From: Owenia fusiformis
Taxonomy: Eukaryota
Direction of reading: 5' to 3'
Length of the DNA: 64,000 nt
NCBI GenBank assembly: GCA_903813345.2
Contig: CAIIXF020000001.1
Span: forward strand, 22,072,001-22,136,000
Shown here: one piece after another, positions 45,983-59,900 of the stretch
Layout of the letters: each line of letters starts with the position of its first letter
Numbering within the stretch: position 1 is the stretch's first letter
The notes under the pieces: model-generated
The model's database searches: none
Told to the model about the DNA's origin: nothing
What the model saw: the letters and a program-made list of their open reading frames with translations, nothing else
Position numbers and translations under genes: made by a program

Positions 45983-48504
45983 TCACAACATCATCCTTAA
46001 GAGACTGGACACTGAAAACAACGCTATGAACGGACACAGCCGAAGTGAGATCGTTGAAGCACCATTTCCAGGTAATTCACATTCTGAAAAAAAAAAGTAA
46101 TTGGTTTAAGTAATACAAATCTAACAACTAACAGGTGATGACAATAACATTATTGCTACTGAGATTCTTGACAACAAAATTTTTCTTTGAGACTAGTTAC
46201 ACCGTACAAGGCTCTGTGACTCCCCTTCTACTTGACTAAACACCTCACACTTGTTGTAGTGGCGAGGGGGTCACAGGGGCTTGTAGCTAGACTATCTTTC
46301 TTTGAATTTACTATGTATTAACTGTTATTGGGCCCGGAGTACTTATCCTACCCCGAGAATACGTACATACGTACATGACCTTATATCATAAACTCATTTT
46401 CATGAACATAGTTTATGCATTGTGATACAACTTACGTTTGCCGTGGATGTTTGGTCTGTATTCATCGAGGCCAGTATGACATATCTTAGTGTTTATGATG
46501 TCATCTACACGTGCTTCATCAGCAGGATTTAATGCCGTTTTCCTACTTAGAACGTACACATTCGGATCAGGAAGACACGTCCCATTGGCATACAGTGTTG
46601 CTCTATTCATACATTCTACGGTCAATGCGTAGTTGTCATAATCAGTTGCTACCACATACAACGGTTTGTCCACTAAAATGAATTGAAATCGTTTAATATA
46701 ATAGTTTTGTAAAATACAATTAAATCGTTTTTCCATATCCCTTTTTATTAGAAATAAAAATATCAATTTCATGCAACCACATGCTAAAACTACGTTTTGA
46801 AGCACGCAGTGGCAACTAGTTTGGTGTGATACATTTACATGTAGCTATAGTTTTGCTAACTCGCTCATAAGCAGTCTTTGATATGTCCTTGATCAGTTTG
46901 CAATTAGTTCCACCTTATTCTTAATACGTTCTCAGACAGTTCAACTCGTTCGAAAAACGTCCCTAGTAGGACTGAAGTACGAGGTTCAGTCCGTCCAGTT
47001 CGTCTTAAGTACGTTGTCACTAGTTCTGAATGCAGAACCTGGCGACCACTAGACAATTTTGAGCATGTTTTAAGTTCTGGAGGACCTTTCTGTTCGAATA
47101 CCTTCATGAAATTTGTAAAAATACCCCAAACGGTTCTTAGTACTTCCAATCCGTTCGTACACAGTTTAAGCCGGCCCGTTTTCAAGAATGTAATAAGAAC
47201 TAGTTTGGTGTAGGGTAATAGAGGATCTTCCTTTTTAGGAATAAAACCATTTTTACCTTTCCTAAATCTGTAGATTAGGTAATTTGGTCGAAAATGTGAA
47301 AAAATGAAATATCAGTTAAAAAGGAGGGGAGACAAAACACAATCTAGGACCTAAAATATTGAATACATAATTTTTTTTTGCAAAATAAACCTCCTAGAAC
47401 ATACCCCTAGCTACCTAAACATTTTGTGAAAAGAGGAAGACTTCTGACTATGCATAGACCCTTTAATTTGTGATTAGGAAGGTTCCTCTACAGAAGAAAA
47501 CTGTAGAAAGATCTCGAGAAATCTCGCAAGGTTTAACTACAGTAGTTTCAAAACCTAGGGAAAAATCGACGAGAAAGGAATTTTAATTTTGAGATTTAGC
47601 TACAATGCGCGAGTGCTTGCTGAGGGACTGCTGTGTCAAGATACGTGTAATTACAAAACGTACTAAACTTACCAATGGTTCCTCGAGACGTTTTCAATTT
47701 CAACGTGAGTCTAGCTGGGTAAAGTCTTCCACCTAAAACTAACTTGTGCCCAGTCCATTGTGTGCATTCAGTGCTTAAACAGAAAATGCATGTGTCTAGT
47801 ATCATATGATGTCTCCTCAAGGATTTGATAAATTGATTGATTGATTGATTAATTTACATTTTACCCCGATTTTACCCAATTGAGGGTAGAATATGAGAAA
47901 GTGCCGGGTTAAGTGTTAAGACCTTCACCAAGACCCTCTTCCCGGATATCCCATTTAAATTTTGGAGGTTATACGATCGATATAAAAAAATACATGAACG
48001 AAATATTCAGTGCTCATGACCTACCTATTTTTAGGTCGCCCTATAGTTAATACATCAGCCATGCCAGTTGACTTCTCACTGTATTGTCTATAGTAATCAT
48101 TCCACAAAGTATCCACAGATACGCCACTGTGAAACCAGGCCTTCACTTCAAACCACGTGCCCATGAACTATGGAATAGAATGGAATAGGTCATAAAATAC
48201 ATTGTTGTTGTTTTCCATTTCGGTCAGATCATGGCTGACCACCAACTGCCTTTAATTTACTCCATACTTCCCATATCGTCTTGAAATACTTTTATTATCC
48301 AAATAATTGACCATAAAGGGATTTTGAATCCATTTTTCCAAATGTATTAATTTGCTTCAAAATTTATTTTTTGTTTCTTTTACTTACCTTAGAGAAATCA
48401 AAGTTGCCTTGAAGTTCTAAAGTGTCCATATTCAAGACACATTTTTGCGCATTGGCAGTTGTTAATATCCCAATGAATGTAACAAAAATCTTTACGTCCT
48501 TCAT
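45983..48504 (-). CDS. Lipocalin copy E (divergent RBP-like, GPI-signal-like tail)
   Basis: Exons 48504-48388 MKDVKIFVTFIGILTTANAQKCVLNMDTLELQGNFDFSK; 48167-48025 FMGTWFEVKAWFHSG...; 47773-47673 TECTQWTGHKLVLGGRLYPARLTL...; 46672-46436 ...VATDYDNYALTVECMNRATLYANGTC...ICH...; 46083-45983 CELPGNGASTISLRLCPFIALFSVSSLLRMML*. Confidence 0.88.
46790..47215. mobile_element. Fragment of the same PIF-like family in lipocalin E intron 3
   Basis: GTTTTGAAG..CGCAGTGGCAACT.GTTTGGTGTGATA ... AAGAACTAGTTTGGTGTAGGG, matching 41620-42066. Confidence 0.7.
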
Positions 48505-48771
48505 TTCATCGGAGTGTTCAGATCTATCAGTAACTATAAGACTAGTCAACTTGACTGTGGTTTTAAAATCAATCTAAATACTATCATGTTAATATAACAG
48601 GTACTGTATATCTCTAAAGGTATGAGGATGTCTTCAACTACAGGGTGTTACTAAGTTCATCCAGTCTTTATCACGTTTTTACATATGATATATTTTACAT
48701 GTGCCATACAATGGGTACTTGGGTAGACCAGTATTTTGTCGGAAATAATTGTTTATGTGAGTGAAATATTA

Positions 48772-49168
48772 AACAAGACATTAGCATGACAAAACGTCAC
48801 CACCTGCAAATAGTTACAAAAGTGAAACAATATATTATTACAGATGAAAGTCAAATCTAAAGTCAAAATTGAACTTATAAGAACTTGTAGATGATTTTGA
48901 AAAAATGGTCAATTTGACTTCAAGTTGAAAAAAGACCTTTTTGACCTTCAATATGTTGCCATGGTAACAGATTTAGGTTGTGTTGGAACTCAACTCATAA
49001 CACGTTTATATAGGTTAACAGTAAAAACTGAAGGCTATCTAAACAGTACTTGCTCAGTTATTAGAAGTTGTAAAATTTGGTTACAGACGCAAACCGCCGA
49101 ACACCTTCCACAAAAAATTGGAGACTATAACAATATGTCAACACTTTTGGTGGTTGGTGGTGACATAA
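48772..49168 (-). mobile_element. Second Helentron-type (HINE-like) element
   Basis: Begins AACAAG; subterminal inverted repeats GTCACCACC (~48797) and GGTGGTGAC (~49156); same architecture as 2027-2705. Confidence 0.55.
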
Positions 49169-50228
49169 GAATGATCCATAATACCAACACCATGCATACG
49201 TGTAACCTGAGAGGAAGATTGATTTGGAATTGCAGAAAAGGGCACCCCGTATTATAACTGTTTGAACACTCTGTAGTTTCTATTGAGACATTTTACCAAA
49301 ATCATGAAAAGTGTCAAGTGATTGGTAAATATGTCATAGATATTCGATTAGGTAATGCAATAGCTGACAGTAGATTAGTAATCCATTGTTTGTTAATGAA
49401 GATTCGATGTGAATGGGTTCTTAGGTTCATTTTATGACCTCGTGCATATTGTACGAAAGTTAATCGCTTTCTCGGTGAGATTCTTTACTTTTGGTGGATT
49501 TTTAGTGTGAATGTGTTCTTAAGTTCATTTTCTCACAACCTCATGCATGTTTTACGAAAGTTAACCGGAAATCTCAGTGAGATTCTTCACTCTTTACTTA
49601 ATTAAAATCAGTGAATTTCAATAATCGGTACATGTACATTCAGTTTTTTGTGTGACCTCGCATGGACCGCTTCATAAATGCTTATATTTTTAGCTTGATC
49701 AAAAATATTTAAGTTTTTTAGAATTCACAATACGAAAAAATATTCGAAAATATTATCTTGATTTGACCTTTTACCGTTTTTCAAAAAATAAATAAATGTG
49801 ACAAGTAAATTATGCTTCAACGTTACCAGAAACAGTCACCTCTCCGAAAAACCAGACGTAATCTCCCCAAAGAATAAAACTCATGCCAAAATATCTATTG
49901 CTTTCAGCCCAATTTTGGTCACCAACATATGATATCTTCCAAATAAAAACGTCCATCAACACCTTTTGAGGTGCATATTTTCATTTGTAAAATTATTAGA
50001 TACAAAAGGATAGTATGAAAATTGATCCACTTAAACTGATAATATTCAAGTTTAAGGGAACTTTATTGTATACCTGCCATGTTAATTAATCAGAATCAGC
50101 CACCTGGTGGTGAAACTGGTAACTACCTAGTACCTACTCGCATCTGAGTAATTTGTCAATTCTGAGATGTAACCGATCTCTTTCATATTTGTACAACTTG
50201 CTCACGATACCCTGAGGCTACTTTAAAG

Positions 50229-50622
50229 AAAGGACGATTCTCGGTTTGGAGAACAGTCTCCTGGGCTAATAATTTTTTTCATGAAAAATATAGAAATATT
50301 ACCCAAATTAAACTATGAATATTCAAAACAGGACATTTAAATCTCCAAGATGTAAAAATAACAAATTGGTCTGAAGCAGGGATAACGCTCAATTAGACCG
50401 ATTCAATAAAATACAAGTCTCGATTTGGGGAAAGAAGTTCATCAGTGTACTGCGCTAATATTTTTTTGCGAAAAATCTAGAAATATTACCCAAATTAAAT
50501 TATGACTATTCAAAAGAGGACATTCAAATCTATATTATGTAGATAAATCAAATTTGTCCGAAGCAGGGATAATGCTCATTTAGATTGATGAACTTCGTTC
50601 TCCAAACCGAGAATCGTCCTTT
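50229..50622. mobile_element. MITE with 26-bp perfect TIRs and an internal ~185-bp direct repeat
   Basis: AAAGGACGATTCTCGGTTTGGAGAAC and GTTCTCCAAACCGAGAATCGTCCTTT. Confidence 0.75.
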
Positions 50623-50941
50623 TCGCTTGTTGGGACATTCGATATGTATTTGGATGTTTTCAAAATAAACCTACTATACTATACTTTTCAAGATCCCGTG
50701 GCTTCATAACATTTGGATATGATAAATCAAACGTCATTTTCATATTTCGACCTAATATGTACTATCCATTCTCGTATATCTCTCAAAATATAATCAATAA
50801 TATCAATCTTATTTAATTTATTTATTTATTATATACATCAAGTATATCAATCTAAGACTAGTATTTTGTCAACCTTTTTAAGTGACAATAATTTGACTGT
50901 TCATTCCACGTATACATTGATACATAACAATCATTTAGCGC

Positions 50942-53900
50942 CTATGCAACTACATCAATGACAGAGTCTGATACATCCGCTATGTCCCCCTCTGAATACC
51001 CGCTGCTAGAATCACTCCGTACACTGGATCGCCCATGGTCTGAATCTAACCTCTTTGCACAATCGCTAACACCAGCACTCGTTCCTGCTTCTATAATTAT
51101 AAAATATCAACTCAGGTGAAATCCAAAAACTAAAATTAAAAAAACGATGCACTCAGATATAATGGCAAAATCAAAAACACAATTCACATGTAAAAGAAGG
51201 GTGAATTATCATAATATTATACACTGTTAAATACTAGTATGCAATTTCTCTTCAACCAGATTTAAAATGAAAAAAAATCATTTTGTTCCCCTGAAGCATA
51301 TTAAGTATAAGATATTGTTGAATATGAAATTCCTCTGCAACCAGATAAGTATTGTAATTGAAAACAAGTTATAAGAGCCTCTATTGTTTCTTTGAAACAT
51401 ATTTCCCATATGTTCAGTAAGGTGAATGACAGCAATGTCATACCTGCATGGGAGGTCATATGGAATGTCAGCTCATAGTCGAGTGTGAAACTCTTCCCAC
51501 ACTTAGCACACGTAAATGGTTTGTCTTTCGGATGCGTCCTTCTTACATGGCTGTCATGGGCTGCGTGAGACGCAAAGCTTTTGCCGCAGTGCTTACACTG
51601 GAAATGTCAACAACAGACATGTATATTCATTAGAGACAGGTATGCATCGTTTTTTTTGTTTTTCATATTCATTATTTTAAGATTTATTGAAGCAATATTC
51701 AGTTACAGGCCCGGTGTGAAAAAAATTATGGTCCCCCAGGAATTATGGTCCCCTTTCTTAACAGCCCTTTCTGGCCCTGATTGTGTATAAGATAATAAGG
51801 GAAAGATATAAATCAATGAAGAGTAGGACCATAATTTGATAGGACCTCCTACCCTTTTACACCTTTTACAGGTACATTAAATCACAGAGACACGGAGTAT
51901 ATGGAAGCCAAATATTGATCTACCATCTATATCTATTGGTATTATTTAAAATTGTTCTTCAAAAACTCTAGTAGGCTATACGTTAAATGTGCCGTGATCA
52001 TTTTGTTTTGGATTATTATGATGTCTGAATAGTTGGATCATAATTTTGGATATTGGGGGTTTGTTTCACTTTTCACCAATTTTTTCATGAGAGTAAATGC
52101 GATGATGGATCTACCTTGAATGGTCGCTCTCCAGAATGCTGACGTATATGTGTCCGTAGAATACTTGAAGCTGTAAATGCCTTGCTGCAGTATACACATT
52201 TATAGGGACGCTCCCCACTATGAACCTGAAAACAATTTGAAAAATTACGTAAATGCACGACATATGCATATATCTAATAAACACAATACCAAAATGTACA
52301 ACATGATAAAAGGGTATATTTAGAAAAATCATTGGCAAATCTTGCTTTAGTTTTTAAAGCGAATCTTTACAAGTAGTCCCATTAAACCTTATGTGTGCTA
52401 AATACACCTGTACTTACCCGCATGTGTTTGTTGAGACTTGACGACTGACTGAAACATTTTCCGCAAACGGAACATTTATGAGGACGGTGTTTCTCATGGA
52501 CGTGGAGGATGTGTATTCGCAGTCTGTCCCTTTTCTCAAATGACCTATCAAGTGAAAATAATTTCCAATGACACGTGTTGTATGTGTATGCATATATTTA
52601 TTGCCCTTTATATAAAGGTGATACATGTATACCTTTTTTACCTCTAATGACTTTTCTTTATTTTTGATAGCATGTTTGAATTCAGTGACAAGTTTTCTCC
52701 AATAATAAGTTTGATTTACACAGTTATGTCATTTAAATCATCTTCCATGACATTTAAAAAAAACTTGGGCCAAATCCCCATTCGGTGCAATGCTAAGATT
52801 CATTAAAACCTTGGCTTATTCGTGTGACAACCATCATTTTCATGTTTAATCACAATATGTACATCAACAGTATCATCCGATAGTCATTCGAGTTTCAGAT
52901 AGATTCAACCAACACCTTTTGACAAATCATGAAATAAAGTGACTATTGCAAGTTTCTAGCATTGAACTGAATAGAGGTGTGGCCCAAGAAAATCAAAGAC
53001 AAACAAGGGTGACATCTATTATGTCAGCGTTATTCAGTTATTTAGAAACTATACAATTAAACATGTATCGCAACTATAAGAATTAATGGAATGTTGGTTT
53101 CTTATTTTTTAAATTGAAGATAGTGTTGACATGTAGGCGTATGACACGAATATATAACACGAATATAAACAATATATAAGACAGACAAGTGTAATTTTAA
53201 ATCTGTAATAATCATATAAATATTTTTGCTTACCTATTACATAGATGGCATGGAAATTTTCTATCTCCCTTGTCAACGCATCTTGTGTATTTCAAATGCT
53301 TGTCCCGGTAGTACCTGTAGGCAAAAACCTTTCCACATCGCTCACAGGTGTACCCATCTGATGTAGCTGAAAACGAATACCATATTACATTACGCTACAT
53401 GTGACATTAACATCACTTTTTGAGAACGTTAAGATTAATTTTTATTTTTTTAGAAGTCAAAAAATACAAGGGTTAATTAGCATAAAAGAGTGCGTCTGGG
53501 ATATTGTACTTTGGGCATTCTAAAAGTATGCTGCTTAATTACACAAAAATACTATTAACTTCGATTTCCGGCTTATCTGGGTAACTTCATAATAACCGCG
53601 AGGCTAGAGATTAAATATAATCCAATGTACCAAATAAGGCTAAAGGCATTGCTCAAAATGGCATATATTTGAAATGAACACTATAAAAATATTATTACTT
53701 CGATGTCTTTAGATATTCAGAAATGTTATCGAATTGAAGTCTGGGGTTAATGTTATATTAAGATGTAATTCAATAGTTTTCACTGCACTGGGCAACATCA
53801 AATATGAAAATTGCCCACAGTTTTAACTTAGGTTTCGAATGATTCGAAAAAATCAAAATGTTGACATTTTAGGGCTTATAAGGTATGTTAGTCTTTAATC

Positions 53901-56900
53901 ATTATTTAATAATTCTAAATCCGAGTTATGGATGTCCATACCGTCTGATGATTCTTTATTTTCTCCGGCTTCCTGCTCGTCCTTTAAACCAAGTGGTATT
54001 CCCATGAATTGTTGATAGGTGTCACCATACCAAACTAAGAGTTCTGTACCTAAAACAGATATTCACAGATATCCACATCCGACCTTCAAATCATTTTTTG
54101 CAAATTCCTTTGATTATATATATCTTTATTTCCCATTTAGCATGGAGTACAAACATATTAAACATTTAACACAACAGTGAAAATTAACCAAAAACAACGA
54201 CACAAAAACACATCTAAAAATTTAAGACAATAAAAAAAACACACAAAAACAACAAAAACAATCCACATCTAAAATGTCAATGACAAGTAAGACAGTATCT
54301 ATTAAAAAATCACAAACAGTGGTGGAAAGTCACATTTCGCACGTGTGCACAAGAAAGATAAAAACACATTGGAAAACATTTAAAAACACCACAACGAATC
54401 GTGTTTTTAAGTGAACCATATCTAAAATGTTTTATAGATAAAATGTAAAGATACTATAAAGAGAGTTAAAATAAATGCATAAAAATAATTCGAGTAATAC
54501 CTTTAGTTATATCTTTACATGTCTCGTAATGAATATCATCTTCGCTTTGTACAACAACCAGGTTCTGTTCGTGGGCAAATCTGGCACAGTTGATGAACGA
54601 CATCCACTGGTCCCCAGAGCTCTTCCCATCAATGAAATGGCTGAGCTGACCGTCTTTAAAAACCTAAAACGAAGTAGCGGTTGAACATTGTGTTACGGAA
54701 GTGCTGATGCCCGGGAATACAGTGGTATCAAAATGTATTGAAGAAGTTTTTATCATTATTTTATGTCAATCATTCGTCATCTTTTTCAACTTCGACTTAT
54801 ACCCATCTATACACTAAAAATATCCACTACATGAATAACTCAATACATGGCACTTTTTAAATATTCTTTAACTTATTTTATAGCCTTCCCACCTTCATAT
54901 CTTATTGGCTTATGGAAGAACGGTTAGTGTTTCATTTTCACATAATACAACTTCTTTAATATACAAGTTAGAAACCAAGACATTTTTAAAATGTGTTTTT
55001 TAAATCTGTCATGAGACGACTTAAATAAATAAAATAATAAAAAAAACTCGTAGTCAATCACTATCATAAGGATCTTACCTCCCACATTCTTGTATTGTCA
55101 TCTCTGGTCTTTACCTCACTCGTATGCACAGTCTTTCCCTTGAATGGTCCATATAGTGTCCCTTTGGGTATGACATCTGTATAGCAGAAAACACCTTGGT
55201 GTGAGACACCCGCATAGCTTGTCTTAATGATTCTGAGACCTAAAATAAAAATATTGTTTGTTCATACAAGAGTGATAGAATGTTTTTATAAATTAAGCAC
55301 TCGGGTTAAAGATAATATAAAAAAGCATGCACTATAAAGGTCCATTTAGGCAGTAGAACAAGGATTCTTATAAAAGCATAGATAGTGATGTCCATTGTGA
55401 TACTCGGTCAAGTGAATACAAAAATATTTCGGGTCGAAGTTTGTCCGATGAAGACAATAAATAGATAATACATAAATATATAAGATATAGATTATAAATA
55501 ACAGAATAGCATAACCGAGGGCAGAAACGCAGGTTACCTTGTGGGATGTCCAAGTTTGATTCTTTTGACGCTTCGATATTACCACTGTCCATAACGGCAT
55601 CATGTTTCTTTGGAGAATCTATAATAGCAAGTAAAAAGTAGTTTAATATTTGCAATGCATTATCTGGGTCACACCACGATTATTTCAGAAATCGGTGCCC
55701 TATAAGTTGAAAACCTATGGTTGTATTCGATTACAACGCCAATGCTTTCACAGCAATGAATCGTCAAAGTAAACTCAGTCCATTCACAATGTTTGAATAA
55801 AATGTCTAGATTTCATTATTAAAGCAAGTGTTTGCTCAACCATTGTTTTAGGTGTTATATACAACATGGGAACGCCTTCGTAGTTAATGGAAATCAATGG
55901 CCAACTCGTGAACATTATTGAGGACACTTCTCATTTAACATTTACATCAGTTACAAAAGAAAAGTATGACGCAGGAATAAAATCTAAATTATTCAGTTAA
56001 CTTAATTCATGATAATTTATATAAATCATACATTAATCAGTAATATAACGTTCGTTTCTAGTCTTTGTAAGATAATTGTATTTTGATTTTGCAGTCGCAT
56101 ACGATGCATGCTATTTGGATGCCCGTTATCGATGAGAAGGCGCAAAAGGCAACATGTATTTAAAAACACAACGAACACATTTTGTCAAATGACACATTGA
56201 GACGCATGTTATTTATTAATTAGGTCAATCATATTTTGAAACCCTGATCATTTCAGATTGATGTAAGTTCGCAACAAACAAACTACAATTATTTTATCGG
56301 AGATTACTATAACATTTACTCTAAATATTAATAATTATCTGTAATTAAAGGGGAAACTAAAAATATACAGCACTAAGTTTCAATTCGAAATTATAATGTC
56401 TTGCTGCTGAATTATTCGCTTAACTCTGCCTATGAGAATAACAGTGCAATATGTCATCAGCCGAGGGAATTAATTTAGATTATAAAATATGTCAGTCATT
56501 GTTTTGTCTCTCAACAATTTATCTATTTAACAGGGAGCATTAAAATAAGTAGTCTAAGTCAACGTTTGACAAGGTAATGAAAGAATAACAGAAGGATAAC
56601 ATTTTTGTTGAATTTGGCTTGTGATGTATGACTTGAAAATAACTAGTACTCTACGAACATTTACTTTGTGTGGTTTAGTTCCACTGGGCCTCACAGTATA
56701 TAAACATTTATTTGTTCAAGAATAAGGTGACATTTTCTAGGCTATATGGATATTTTGTCGAAAAGAATGCAATATGTTTATAAAGTTGTTACCTGTAGCC
56801 CAGTCAAATAAGCCTTGAAGATGAAACACGCCGAAATAACAGCTGGACCTCCCTAAGGATTAAGCCCTCTTAGTGCTATTTGGTTCCCCTCCCACAAAAT

Positions 56901-59900
56901 GTTGAACAGTAAAATATATCATATCCAAACAATGAACTTTCTGACATATGATGACAGCCTATACGCCACACAGGATGCTGATGTGGGCAATTTGCTTGGT
57001 CCTTTTCAGATTAAACGTGTCAATGTGAAACAAATTAAGAATGATTCACTTAAACAAATACGATGGCAATTCTCAAAGCAATGTCACAACAGTAATTTGG
57101 CCACCATACAGAATATCCAAAGAGTAATCATTGAATTGAAAATTTGTTATTCTTTTTATTGCTAATAAAATACTCCAAGAAATTAATTAATTTTACTTTA
57201 GATTCGACTTGATAAGAATACATAAATTGGATGCATAGATTTCTTAATTGATACTTCGTATATTAAGTTTGGGCAAGTCCCTCTCTTCACTGAAAACTGC
57301 TATATCTATGACATTCTGTAGTTACACATTTCCCAAAACATATTCAGCATATTCTCAATCCCATCCCATTTGCAATCCCAATTCACTCATCAACCATCCT
57401 ACACAAAAACCCAGATCACATAACTTCCTCACTCTTAAACACAGCATACCTATTGCGACATTTTTCTTTTAAACACTTTTGGGGACCAAACTCTGAACAA
57501 ATATGTATTGAAGATTTGAATGCGATTTTAAAGAATTCAAAGACGGGGGTATCATGTTCACTATACCACACCAAATGTATGCGATATCAGTTGATCCATT
57601 ACACATTGGGTTATATTATTCTTTAAACCCATCAAACCAAAAGAAACAAATTTCCAATTCTCACATTTAAACCCCCAGTCTTGTCCAAATAACAGATTAA
57701 ACTCATATTTGCATTAAGTATCATACTAAGAATGGGGTTTTAAATTTCATCCTTATTTGAGTAAATCTTTTGTCAATCCAAAATCGCACATGTGAAGTTA
57801 GCTCCAAGTTTGAAAGATTTTGTAAGGCTTTAGTGAGAAAAATAATATTATTGTTATAGCGGGACAAGACAAACATGTAGAAGCACACACTGAAGCACTT
57901 GAAAGGGGTATGAATATCAAATGAATGAAGAAAGATCCCACTTGAGTGCTGTTCAACAGTAACATATCACCAATTGAGAAAATCCAATTCCTGCCTTCTT
58001 CAATTGCCTAAATCCCATTATGAATTTAATATATAAATGAGTTTCAGGATGTTTTCGCAAGCATTTTTATGATAATATGATTTAGTGTCCAAGCTGTTCA
58101 GTTTTTTATCCTCTGGCGATGAAACTTAGATTACCATCCGTCGCTATTTTTACTTATCCAAGTGCAAATAATCGCATTTATCTAGTCCTATAGGTCTAGT
58201 CATTCATCTAAATAGTATGACTGAATGAAAGATTAAAAAATCTAAAAGAACACACTGTGAAGCCACTTCGGTTAGTTTACTAGTCTTTATAGGTCTCTAT
58301 ATTCGAATCCTGAATCATCCATACGCTTATTGATAGAATGTAATTGGTAATTATAAGAAAAATGATAAATGCATTTGCATAAATGTATGAAAATTGCGAA
58401 AATATGTTTGTTAAAAATTTGGCGTAATTACGTAAGCAAGGTTTAATGCAAAAGGGAAATTACCGAGAATTCAAAGATGAATGTAAATATGAGCCAGTTT
58501 AGCTTTGTCTATAAAGATTTTCATCTTTGGTTTAATGCTTTTGAGATAATGATTTAAAATGACTCCTCAGACACTAAAATGAATGTCTCTCGCAATGTTA
58601 ATGTCATGTCGAGCAATATGAAGATCTAACTTACAGTATAGGCCTATGTTACTAATGACAATGCTGCCATTATCAAAAGGGAAAATACTAAAAAAGTATT
58701 AATTCTTAAAAAGTTCAAGCAATCAACCCAACGCAATTTACTTTTTTTACTTTGGTCATTTTTTACAAATACATATTTTCAGATCATATACAAAACTAAC
58801 TCCTGTCACTATGCCTCAACTGGTTACTTAGACGTGACGTCAAAGTAACCAAATTGAGGAGCTACCTAAGTTTAAGTTCGGGTAAGATTTTTTAATTTCT
58901 CGATTTAAACCTACGTATAAGTCAAGTTGCAGATTATGATTTGGCAAAGATAGTCTAGTTTCAGAATATACACATGGTTGGGGATTTGGTTTTTAGATGA
59001 AACCGCAATTTATGCATTTGGTACCCCCGCTTTATTTGTTACATTGACGTTAGTAAGTCCACGTAAAAGTAACATTTGTAATATTCTAGACTTTCGTCAA
59101 TATAAAAAAGTGAGGGATACGATTTCTTTTAAAACCAAATTCCAAATCGAATGTTCTTTCTTAACAAGACTATATACACGTGTATATATGATCTATAACT
59201 TTACGTCAGACTTTTTGACTTGTTATAAAGGTTTATATCGACAAAACAAAATCTTACCGATCTCGAACTTGGGTAGTTTCTACATTTTGTTACGTTACGG
59301 TTGACGTTACGTCAAAGTAGCCAGTTGGGGAACAGTACCTGTGTATATCATTTCTATATATTCCGTGATTTAATTAATTAGTTCAATGTTCATATTTGAC
59401 TAATCAATTATACATATCTGTGTTAATAGTCATTGTAACGAGTCATAGCAGAACGATCACTGTTCATTCTAATTTTTCGGGAAATGAGCAAAATGTATTT
59501 CTAAAATAATCATTTGACTATCATTATTATTCAATAAAACATTTATTTTTTATTGTGTTTTGGCAAAGAGAATCCGGAATTTTATTCAAAACGAAACAAA
59601 CATAAGAATTACATTTAAAAATTATGATTTTGGTGTTGATTCCACCATTCTAACCTTTTTTTATCAGTCTCATTACTAAATACAATTCAAAAGGTTTATC
59701 CAGGACAGCAATGTATACGGAATATAGATTTTATTTTACACTATTTGGAAAAAGTTTTTACACTCTTTGGAAAAAGTATCTGTAAGGACAATCTCTTTTA
59801 CCCCAAACTCTGAAAAATCTGTGAAACCATTTTATTAATGATACAAATTATGAATGCTGAAAATTTATTTGGATTGTAACTAATAAAATAATAATAAAAT

